A stretch of 64,000 bases of DNA, taken from positions 46,484 to 110,483 of the forward strand of contig JAKOTU010000040.1 in the NCBI GenBank assembly GCA_029776155.1. The letters are read 5' to 3'. Positions 56,665-64,000 of the stretch are shown here, piece after piece. A program made the position numbers and the translations under genes. A model generated the notes under the pieces. The model did not search any database, was not told where the DNA came from, and saw only the letters and a program-made list of their open reading frames with translations. Every line of letters begins with the position of its first letter. Position 1 is the stretch's first letter. Origin of the DNA: Bacillota bacterium (GTDB lineage Bacteria > Bacillota > Limnochordia > Darwinibacteriales > Darwinibacteriaceae).

Positions 56665-57093
56665 ATGCTGAGGAAAATCAGAAAAATGCTCAAACAAGAA
56701 GAGGGTTTTACCCTTATGGAGTTGATGATCGCGGTTGCGATCATCGGCATCCTCGGCGGTATTGCCATTCCCGTATACAACGGAGTGCAAGAACGGGCCA
56801 AGTATGCGGTGGGTGAAGCTAATGCGCAGATGTTGAACAGAAGCATTGTGCATTGGATCGCTTTAGGAATGCCCGACGAGAATGGCAAACCAAAACCTCA
56901 AGATGAACTCATAGAAGAGAACAAATACGACCATAAGACGCATGGTGCGGGTCTGTTCGCTTGGCTAGGCTTAGACGAAGTCGAGTACGTAAACTGGGAC
57001 CCAGAAAAACGGCAGTATTATCCCGATACATCGGTAGAAGGAGGAAAGTTGCCAAAACCGGAACCGGACGAAACAGGGGGAGACGATGAGTAA
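56665..57093 (+). CDS. pilA: type IV pilin (likely major pilin)
   Basis: Prepilin site EEG|FTLMELMIAVAIIGIL...IP; strong AAGGAGG RBS. Confidence 0.88.
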   Translation: MLRKIRKMLKQEEGFTLMELMIAVAIIGILGGIAIPVYNGVQERAKYAVGEANAQMLNRSIVHWIALGMPDENGKPKPQDELIEENKYDHKTHGAGLFAWLGLDEVEYVNWDPEKRQYYPDTSVEGGKLPKPEPDETGGDDE

Positions 57094-57111
57094 TACTCTC
57101 CTGCTCCTTCT

Positions 57112-57141
57112 GATGAGTCGCGCATTTTTGCGCGGCTCATC
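57112..57141 (+). other. strong hairpin after the pilin gene (no U tract; likely mRNA stabiliser)
   Basis: GATGAGTCGCGCA-tttt-TGCGCGGCTCATC. Confidence 0.55.
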
Positions 57142-57194
57142 GGGGATCGCTGCGCTGGCAGGTTCCAGAGTCTAGAATCGGGTGGTGCTGAAGA

Positions 57195-57557
57195 GTGCTG
57201 AAACGGGAACGGGGCTTCACCATGGTGGAGGTTGTTGTAGCGCTTGTGGTTTTGTCCATTATGGGCGCAGCCGTTGTTGCGGTGTACAACAGCAATGTTT
57301 CTGCGCTGGTTAGGGCTGGCAAGACCACAGTTGAGCTTTACAGCATTCAAGCTGATATAGAGACGGCACTGGGCCAAGATCCGGATACATGGGATGGGGG
57401 CAAGATGGAAGACTCCTTTCTGCTCATATCTTTTCCGCACCTCCACGAACCTTTGAAAATTCACGGTTGGGTGTTGACTGAGCAGGTGGAGTCCAATGGG
57501 TACAAAGAGGTTGTCACCGTTTTCATTCCCCAGGGCAGCGGCGGGGCCAGGCCCTGA
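57195..57557 (+). CDS. minor pilin (PilV-like)
   Basis: ERG|FTMVEVVVAL prepilin motif. Confidence 0.85.
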   Translation: MLKRERGFTMVEVVVALVVLSIMGAAVVAVYNSNVSALVRAGKTTVELYSIQADIETALGQDPDTWDGGKMEDSFLLISFPHLHEPLKIHGWVLTEQVESNGYKEVVTVFIPQGSGGARP

Positions 57558-57644
57558 ATTAGGTTTTCGTCAGCTGTGTTTTTCGACCGAAGCTGAGATC
57601 TGAAAAGCAACAAGAATGTTGTTTGCCTATTAGGTGGTGAGAGA

Positions 57645-58166
57645 GTGGGTTGTTTCCGGAAGCATCTTAAATCCCAACGTGGCTTTACCTTGCTGGAGCT
57701 ACTCATCGCTCTTTCACTGCTGGGTGGAATAGTAGGTGTCATCTACTCCATACAGTCATTCACGATGAAGACTTTTGCCCAAGGGGCGCAATATGCCGCC
57801 ATGCAGCTTGAGGCGAGGTTCATCTCAGCGTATCTTTCGGGGGAGATGCGTTTTGCCCAAGAACTGCGCATCTTGGGTGATGTTCCAGATGATCTGGCAG
57901 ATGGTATTGCGGTTTTTGTGGATCGGGACGGTAGGGTTGTGAGAAAGTCGGCTTCACAAACTACGGTGTTGAGCAGCGGTGCCGGTTTTGAGGGTGGCTC
58001 TTCACTACACTTTGCAATACGGGAAGATAGGGGCCGCAGAGTAGTTGATGTAACCATGACCTTCGCGGGGAAACTTGGGACATACGAAGTTACCACCGCT
58101 ATCCTGGCCCTCAATGTATCTGAAGTACAGGGTTCAGCTGGCCCTGTGCTGTGGTACCGGAGTTAA
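57645..58166 (+). CDS. minor pilin (PilW-like)
   Basis: QRG|FTLLELLIAL prepilin motif. Confidence 0.85.
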   Translation: MGCFRKHLKSQRGFTLLELLIALSLLGGIVGVIYSIQSFTMKTFAQGAQYAAMQLEARFISAYLSGEMRFAQELRILGDVPDDLADGIAVFVDRDGRVVRKSASQTTVLSSGAGFEGGSSLHFAIREDRGRRVVDVTMTFAGKLGTYEVTTAILALNVSEVQGSAGPVLWYRS

Positions 58167-58191
58167 TCTCTAGAAGGGAGGCAGACCCCCT

Positions 58192-59508
58192 ATGTTGAGT
58201 GAAAAGGGGTCGGCTTTGATACTGACCATCCTTGTGTTGATGGTTGTGATGATCTTGGGCAGCGGCCTCGTTATGACTAGCATTTCCAACTCACGGCAGG
58301 CGACGGAGCAGGTCTATGATCTGCAGGCCTACTATATCGCCAGGTCTGGCGCGGATGCGGTGGCACAGAGCATTGTTGATGACCCTTCCAGACTAGAGAG
58401 CTTGAAGGGTGCGGTGTCTGCTGCTACGCCGCTGGGCAAGGGTCATTTCACCGTTGAGGTGCAGGATCGCGGCGATCACATCAAACTGATATCCACTGGT
58501 GTTGTGAAGGACACAAAACGGGTGGTGGAGCTTACGCTGCTGCCTCAGGAGGCCGCTCCCTCACCGTTGCCGCGAATCGATAAGGCGATTTTTGCCACAA
58601 CCAACGGAGGTACTTCTCACAAAGCCATTGATCTCGGCGGGAATGCCCAGATCATGGGAAGCGGCGCAACGAATGCCGTGAGAGCGAGTGCTGTTGAGTT
58701 GACCGGTAATGCTGTCATAAAGGGCAACTTGTGGATCGGGCCAGGAGCCGATGCCAAGACCGTGGTCAATGACCGCAGCAGAATCACCGGCGCCATTACG
58801 TCTTTGGCGGAGGAAGTTACATATCCCCTTCCACTGTTTCCCGAGTTCCCAAGTTGGACGAAACCGTCTACACCGGCTAAATCGGGGTCGGATTTCATAA
58901 TCAACAGCGATGGCGACTATGGCACCATTTCTCTCAGTGGCAACGACAAGCTTGTCATCGATCTGGGGGGCGGCGAACGGCGGATCCGGGTGAAGAGTCT
59001 AACCATGAGGGGCAACGCTGAACTTACAGTGACCAACGCGGGTAGAGATGGAAAGCTGTTCCTCTATGTCGATCAAGAGTTCTCCATGAGCGGAAACAGC
59101 GCGCTCAAGTCTGGAGCCGATCCCAACACGGTTGTCATCTACTACGCGGGGACAAAGGAACTTGGTAACCAACTAGAGGCTAACTGCATTCTCATCGTCA
59201 AGGAAGCGGATATCAAGCTTACCGGGAATTCTACTTTTAAGGGAAGCATTTTCTCGGGTGGCAGAAACGTTGAGTTGGCTGGAAATGCGGAAGTGAAGTT
59301 GGGCTTGCTTTATGCACCACGGGCGGCCGTGGATATGGCTGGAAACAGTGAAACCGAAGCGATGGTGGCTTGGCGAGTTACGGCGTCTGGCAACGCCAAA
59401 ATCGTCTACAAAGGAGACCTTACGGAGTTCGCGAGCAGGTATGTCCAAGGAGGTTCTCCAAGCGATCAGCTGACGTGGACACGCGGGCAGTGGGCATCCG
59501 TAGAGTAG
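58192..59508 (+). CDS. PilX-like pilin with repetitive xGN beta-helix-like C-terminal domain
   Basis: EKG|SALIL (no Glu5); QAYYIARSG; nine xxGN(A/S/D) repeats. Confidence 0.75.
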   Translation: MLSEKGSALILTILVLMVVMILGSGLVMTSISNSRQATEQVYDLQAYYIARSGADAVAQSIVDDPSRLESLKGAVSAATPLGKGHFTVEVQDRGDHIKLISTGVVKDTKRVVELTLLPQEAAPSPLPRIDKAIFATTNGGTSHKAIDLGGNAQIMGSGATNAVRASAVELTGNAVIKGNLWIGPGADAKTVVNDRSRITGAITSLAEEVTYPLPLFPEFPSWTKPSTPAKSGSDFIINSDGDYGTISLSGNDKLVIDLGGGERRIRVKSLTMRGNAELTVTNAGRDGKLFLYVDQEFSMSGNSALKSGADPNTVVIYYAGTKELGNQLEANCILIVKEADIKLTGNSTFKGSIFSGGRNVELAGNAEVKLGLLYAPRAAVDMAGNSETEAMVAWRVTASGNAKIVYKGDLTEFASRYVQGGSPSDQLTWTRGQWASVE

Positions 59509-59604
59509 GTTCCTGTCTACAGTCTTTGGTTTCCTTGCCATTGTGTGTCATATTCGGCGGCTGTTGCGGATAACCTAGGGCAAAAGCTCTAGGGGGAGTG
59601 TTGG

Positions 59605-59919
59605 TTGCCGCTCTCGAAATCGTCTGGTCGCAGGTTGTTCTGGCCCCTATTGTTCATTGGGGTGTGCAACAGCTTGGACTTCTTGGCGACGCGCCATCTT
59701 GTGGTTTATGGAGATCATCTTGAACTTAACCCTTTCATGTGTTTGCTGGTAGGCACGCCTTTTTTCGCCGCCTACAAGTTAGTACTGGTTCCGCTGGGGC
59801 TGCTCTTTCTGTGGCGGGAGCGCAGTACAGTTTTGCTGAAGTACATGGGTGCCCTCCGGTTTACATGTGCGGCCTATGGATTACTGATGCTTTACCTGTT
59901 GACGGTGTTCTATGCCTAG
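59605..59919 (+). CDS. small membrane protein (DUF5658-like)
   Basis: N-LDFLAT, ELNPFM, YKL motif with three hydrophobic segments. Confidence 0.65.
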   Translation: MPLSKSSGRRLFWPLLFIGVCNSLDFLATRHLVVYGDHLELNPFMCLLVGTPFFAAYKLVLVPLGLLFLWRERSTVLLKYMGALRFTCAAYGLLMLYLLTVFYA

Positions 59920-59946
59920 TTCGGTGCAGTGTACAAGGAGGTAACT

Positions 59947-60654
59947 GTGGCTGTCCTCTCCTTTTTTGCCGGCCTTATCTTAGGGAGTTTCTTCAACGTA
60001 GTCATCTACCGCCTGCCCCGCGGCCTATCCATAGTAAAGCCCGGTTCCGCTTGCACCCACTGCGGGCACCGGCTCACCGCGGCGGAGTTGATCCCCCTGT
60101 TTAGTTTTGCGCGGCAGCGGGGGAAGTGCAGGGTCTGCGGCGGGAGGATCTCCTGGCGTTATCCCGTGGTGGAACTGCTTACGGGTTTGGGTTGCGCGCT
60201 GGATGCTGGGACAAGCTCTGATTGGGCTGAGTTCGTTGTTGGAGTTAGCTTCTTTTCTTTTCTCCTGGTTTTGGCGTTGATCGATTTGGAGCACCAGGTT
60301 CTGCCGAACAAGTTGACTGTTTTGGGGTTAGGGTGTGGGCTGTTGTTTTCTCTATTCGGTTGGACCCTTCCGTTCCCCCGCAGCTTGCTGGGGGCTTTGG
60401 TGGGATTTGGCCTTGTTTTTGTTATTGTGGTCATCTCCAGGGGTGGTATGGGCATGGGTGATGCTAAACTCTTGGCATTGATTGGAGCATTTCTGGGCTG
60501 GAAGGCGGTCTTCTATGTGCTTTTCTGGGCATCGGTTCTGGGTGCCCTTGGCGGGCTTCTGTACTTGTACATCACCAAACAGGACCGCAAAACGCCCATT
60601 CCCTTTGGACCAAGTTTAGCCGCAGCAGCCATGGTGCTTTATTTTTTCCTGTAG
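59947..60654 (+). CDS. pilD: prepilin peptidase
   Basis: GSFFNVVIYRLP, CxxC pairs, ALID, GMGDAKL, IPFGP; GTG after AAGGAGG. Confidence 0.93.
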   Translation: MAVLSFFAGLILGSFFNVVIYRLPRGLSIVKPGSACTHCGHRLTAAELIPLFSFARQRGKCRVCGGRISWRYPVVELLTGLGCALDAGTSSDWAEFVVGVSFFSFLLVLALIDLEHQVLPNKLTVLGLGCGLLFSLFGWTLPFPRSLLGALVGFGLVFVIVVISRGGMGMGDAKLLALIGAFLGWKAVFYVLFWASVLGALGGLLYLYITKQDRKTPIPFGPSLAAAAMVLYFFL

Positions 60655-60684
60655 TGCGGTTCTAGCTGAAGAGGGGGAACTAGA

Positions 60685-61269
60685 ATGGAGCGGAGTGTGG
60701 GCTGGATCGGTTTAGTGGTAATCTGTCTGTTCTTGGCGGGCTGTATTGGCATCAAAACGCCGGATGTGTACGTCTCAGGTATCGTTATTGATGCCGATAG
60801 CGAGGAGGGCGTTGGCGGTGTGGAGATCGCCGCTGCTCCGGGCGGCATAACGGTGACCACAGCGGATGGCACTTGGAGCTTATTGCGGGCCAAAAAGGGC
60901 TCGGAAGTTGTGGCCAAGAAGGATGGATGGGAGTTTCACCCTGAAGCTCAACGGGTCACAGGCGAGGGAGAGATCCTCGCCTTCCAGGGCAGACGCCTGC
61001 CCTATGAGGTCAGGGGACTTGTGGTTGATGAGAGCGGGACTGGCCTCGCTGGAGTGTTGATCGCGTTTGCCAATGAACGGGGTGAAGTAGTGGCCGCGGT
61101 GCCCGCCCAAGCGGATGGTTCCTTCGAAAAGGCAGGCCTCAAAGGCACGTACACCGTGGCTGCTTATAAGGTAGGCTGGTCTTTCGCACCGGCCGAGTAC
61201 ACTGTGAGCGGTTTCAATGAGGATATCCGGTTCTACGCTGCTCCCATGGGTGGGCCAGATGAAGATTGA
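60685..61269 (+). CDS. lipoprotein with two carboxypeptidase-regulatory-like (transthyretin-like) repeats
   Basis: Lipobox LAGC; G-V-D...G--GV...ADG...K-GW-F-P occurs twice. Confidence 0.75.
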   Translation: MERSVGWIGLVVICLFLAGCIGIKTPDVYVSGIVIDADSEEGVGGVEIAAAPGGITVTTADGTWSLLRAKKGSEVVAKKDGWEFHPEAQRVTGEGEILAFQGRRLPYEVRGLVVDESGTGLAGVLIAFANERGEVVAAVPAQADGSFEKAGLKGTYTVAAYKVGWSFAPAEYTVSGFNEDIRFYAAPMGGPDED

Positions 61270-61289
61270 GTGAGAGGCGTACTTGACTA

Positions 61290-61316
61290 GGGGTCCCTGG
61301 TGGGGACCTCTTTTTT
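61290..61316 (+). terminator. intrinsic terminator closing the pilus locus
   Basis: GGGGTCCC-tggtg-GGGACCTC+T6. Confidence 0.7.
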
Positions 61317-61381
61317 CTGCTTTCCAGCACACCTTCCTGGCACTGGAATACTATACAGGGTAAATGAAGGGAGGAGTTGAT

Positions 61382-62386
61382 TTGGAAAGAAGCAGATGGA
61401 TCGCGCTGATTGGGGCGGTAGTTGTGGTGGCCGTGCTGCTGGGGGCTACCGCTTCTGCCCAAGGGTTGCAGAAAGTACGCCTTTCGGAGGTGGTTCGTTC
61501 CGTATTCTATGCGCCCCAATACGTGGCCTTAGCCCTCGGATTCTTTGAGGAAGAGGGGCTGGAGATCGAGCTTAGCACCGCTTGGGGCGCTGATAAGGGT
61601 GCCGCAGCTCTGATTGCGGGCGCAGTGGATGTGGGCTTTTTCGGCCCGGAGGCCGCGGTGTACATCTACCAGCAGGGGGCCGTGGACCACATCGTGGGGT
61701 TCGCCCAGCTCACGGCTAGAGATGGCTCGTTTTTCATGACCAGGGACGTGAACGAAGAGTTCGAGTGGGACAACGTGCGGGGCAAAACCATTGTGGGTGC
61801 CCGCATCGGCGGTGTACCCCAGATGACCCTGGAGTGGGTTTTGAAGCAAAATGGGATCAAACCCTTTGAGGATGTGGAGATCATCACCAGTCTCGCCTTT
61901 GAGGCCGCCGTAGGCGCCTTTGAAGCCGGGCTTGGGGACTACATCGCCCAGTTTGAGCCGGCCCTGAGCGAGCTGGAAGCCCGGGGAAGGGGTAAGATTG
62001 TGGCTTCCCTAGGGGCTGAGGCGGGTCCCGTGAGTTACACGGTGTACCATGCCCGCAAAAGCGTTTTGGAGCAGAACCCTGACCTTTTCGTACGCTTCAC
62101 CAGGGCCATCTATCGGGGGCAGCTCTGGGTGAATGAGCATACTGCCGAAGAAGTCGCGGAAGTGATCGCTCCCTTTTTCCCACTGATTGATCACCACATT
62201 CTCGTGCGCAGTATGGGTCTTTACCAGTCCATTAACGCCTGGAACCCGTGGCCGGTCATCTCCGAGGAACATTTCCGGCATCTGCAGGAAATCATGATCG
62301 AAGCGGGTGAGCTGGAGGACTTCGTACCCTTCTCCGAGCTGATGAACACCACCATCGCCCGCAAGGCAGTGGGCGAACTGGACTAA
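61382..62386 (+). CDS. ABC transporter substrate-binding protein (NMT1/THI5-like, YtlA-like)
   Basis: SEVVRSVFYAPQYVA..GFFEEEGL, GPE, LTARDGSF; signal peptide. Confidence 0.88.
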   Translation: MERSRWIALIGAVVVVAVLLGATASAQGLQKVRLSEVVRSVFYAPQYVALALGFFEEEGLEIELSTAWGADKGAAALIAGAVDVGFFGPEAAVYIYQQGAVDHIVGFAQLTARDGSFFMTRDVNEEFEWDNVRGKTIVGARIGGVPQMTLEWVLKQNGIKPFEDVEIITSLAFEAAVGAFEAGLGDYIAQFEPALSELEARGRGKIVASLGAEAGPVSYTVYHARKSVLEQNPDLFVRFTRAIYRGQLWVNEHTAEEVAEVIAPFFPLIDHHILVRSMGLYQSINAWNPWPVISEEHFRHLQEIMIEAGELEDFVPFSELMNTTIARKAVGELD

Positions 62387-62430
62387 GCCCTTCGCAGCTC
62401 CGATGACCTGCTGGAAAAGGGGGGAAGAAC

Positions 62431-63195
62431 GTGGCTCGCGTGGAGCTAAGCCATGTTAGTCTGAACTATCATACCCTCGCGGGTGAAGTGAAAGCCCTAG
62501 AGGATGTCAGTTTAGTTGTGGAAGACCAGGAGTTCGTGGCCATTGTGGGACAAAGCGGTTGCGGCAAGAGCACGCTGCTTTCCCTCGTCAGCGGTCTGCT
62601 CAAGCCCACCCGGGGCTCTGTGTTCATTGACGATGAAGAAGTACAGGGCCCCAGCAGACGGGTGGGGTATATGCTCCAAAATGACTATCTGTTCGAATGG
62701 CGCACTATCTTGGAAAATGCCCTCTTGGGCCTGGAGATTCAAAGGGAGAAGACGCCGGAAGCGGTGGAAGAAGTGCAAGCCATGCTCAAAGCCTACGGGC
62801 TAGGGGGTTTTGAGCACTACTATCCCCCTCAGCTCAGCGGAGGCATGCGCCAGCGGGTGGCCCTGATCCGCACCCTCGCCATGAGGCCTGATGTACTGCT
62901 CTTGGATGAACCTTTTTCCGCCTTGGATTACCAAAACCGCCTGGCTGTGGGGGAGGAAGTGGTCAAGATCCTGCGGGAGCGCAAAAAGACGGTTATCATG
63001 GTCACCCACGACATTCCCGAAGCGGTGAGCATGGCCAACCGGGTCGTGGTCATGACGCCGCGGCCCGGCCGAATCCGCAGCGTGCACCGGATCACAATGT
63101 GTGATCAAGGCCTCACTCCCCTGCAGACCAGGGAGATGCCCCAGTTCCGGGAGTACTTCACTACCATCTGGAAGGAGCTGAACCGGGATGACTGA
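62431..63195 (+). CDS. ABC transporter ATP-binding protein (NitT/TauT family, YtlC-like)
   Basis: GQSGCGKST, LSGGMRQR, LLDEPF, VTHD. Confidence 0.92.
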   Translation: MARVELSHVSLNYHTLAGEVKALEDVSLVVEDQEFVAIVGQSGCGKSTLLSLVSGLLKPTRGSVFIDDEEVQGPSRRVGYMLQNDYLFEWRTILENALLGLEIQREKTPEAVEEVQAMLKAYGLGGFEHYYPPQLSGGMRQRVALIRTLAMRPDVLLLDEPFSALDYQNRLAVGEEVVKILRERKKTVIMVTHDIPEAVSMANRVVVMTPRPGRIRSVHRITMCDQGLTPLQTREMPQFREYFTTIWKELNRDD

Positions 63196-63994
63196 GGACC
63201 ACATCTCCCCAGAACACCTTGCTTATCTGCGCAGTCTGCGTCTGCGGCAGGCTTTAATCCGCACCACCCAGTTTCTGCTGCTTGTGGGCCTGTTTGTGCT
63301 GTGGGAACTGGCCGCGTCCCGGGGATGGATCAACGCCTTCATCTTTTCCCAGCCCACCAGGATCTGGGCCGCCCTGGTACGTCTCTATCGGGAAGGGGAT
63401 CTCTGGCGGCATTTGGGCTGGACGGTGGGGGAGACCGTCCTGGGCTTCACCGTGGGCACTGCCGCGGGGATTGTGATTGCGGTGATCCTGTGGTGGTCGG
63501 AGTTTTTCTCCCAGGTGATGGATCCCTATATTGTCGTGCTCAACAGCATCCCCAAAGTGGCTCTGGGACCCATTTTCGTGGTCTGGTTGGGTACCACCAT
63601 TACCGCGGTTGTGGCCATGGCCATTGCCGTTTCCATTATCGTAACCATCATGATGATGCACACCGGTTTTAAGGAAGTGGATCCCAATAAAGTGAGGCTG
63701 GTGCGCACCTTTGGGGCCAGCAAAGGGCAGGTGCTGTGGAAAGTAATCATCCCCGCGAGCATCCCCACCATGATCGCGGCCTTGAAGGTGAATGTGGGGC
63801 TCTCCTTGGTGGGTACTATCGTGGGTGAATTCTTGGCTTCCAAGGCTGGCTTGGGCTACCTTATCGTGTACGGCGGTCAGGTGTTTAACATGTCCTTGGT
63901 GATGGCCAGCGTGCTTTTGCTCTTGGTAGTCTCCGTGATCTTGTATTACGCCGTGACCATTTTGGAAGAAAGGGTGACCAAAGGCAGGCAGTAA
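63188..63994 (+). CDS. ABC transporter permease (NitT/TauT family, YtlD-like)
   Basis: IPKVALGP, EAA-like loop, GE..ASKAGLG; multiple TMs. Confidence 0.92.
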   Translation: MTEDHISPEHLAYLRSLRLRQALIRTTQFLLLVGLFVLWELAASRGWINAFIFSQPTRIWAALVRLYREGDLWRHLGWTVGETVLGFTVGTAAGIVIAVILWWSEFFSQVMDPYIVVLNSIPKVALGPIFVVWLGTTITAVVAMAIAVSIIVTIMMMHTGFKEVDPNKVRLVRTFGASKGQVLWKVIIPASIPTMIAALKVNVGLSLVGTIVGEFLASKAGLGYLIVYGGQVFNMSLVMASVLLLLVVSVILYYAVTILEERVTKGRQ

Positions 63995-64000
63995 TGCGTG

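Overview
Core-chromosome segment of a GC-rich, endospore-forming Bacillota. It carries SpoVD-like PBP, SafA-like LysM, IreB, TRAP, SCIFF and YtlACD-like genes, but also an outer-membrane secretin, so the host is probably a diderm Firmicute (Limnochordia-like; inference). From left to right: a cell-wall cluster (alr, femX-like, dacA-like, spoVD-like); a phosphoesterase/ParB-like/nth operon; rex beside a Rex-boxed doubly flavinylated protein; tRNA-Asn, tRNA-Gln and tRNA-Leu; parA-gltX; ireB-murA; dnaE-mtrB-accDA-pfkA-pyk; a Fur-family gene and nrdJ; polA-mutM-coaE-mgsA-slt-pncB; oppDF; an MCP; SCIFF scfAB; a complete type IV pilus locus; and an ABC transporter. No mobile element or CRISPR array was seen. 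The pilus locus is the most unusual part. (1) A c-di-GMP-II riboswitch gates it. (2) It encodes a PilO-PilP fusion plus a stand-alone secretin-N-domain/PilP-like adaptor. (3) The secretin gene ends in a U UUU UUU slippery site followed 6-7 nt later by a perfect 10-bp stem, and the -1 frame continues into a signal-less, roughly 8-stranded beta-barrel-like domain ending in YQF. This is a candidate programmed frameshift giving a secretin-beta-barrel fusion; an assembly homopolymer error is not excluded.
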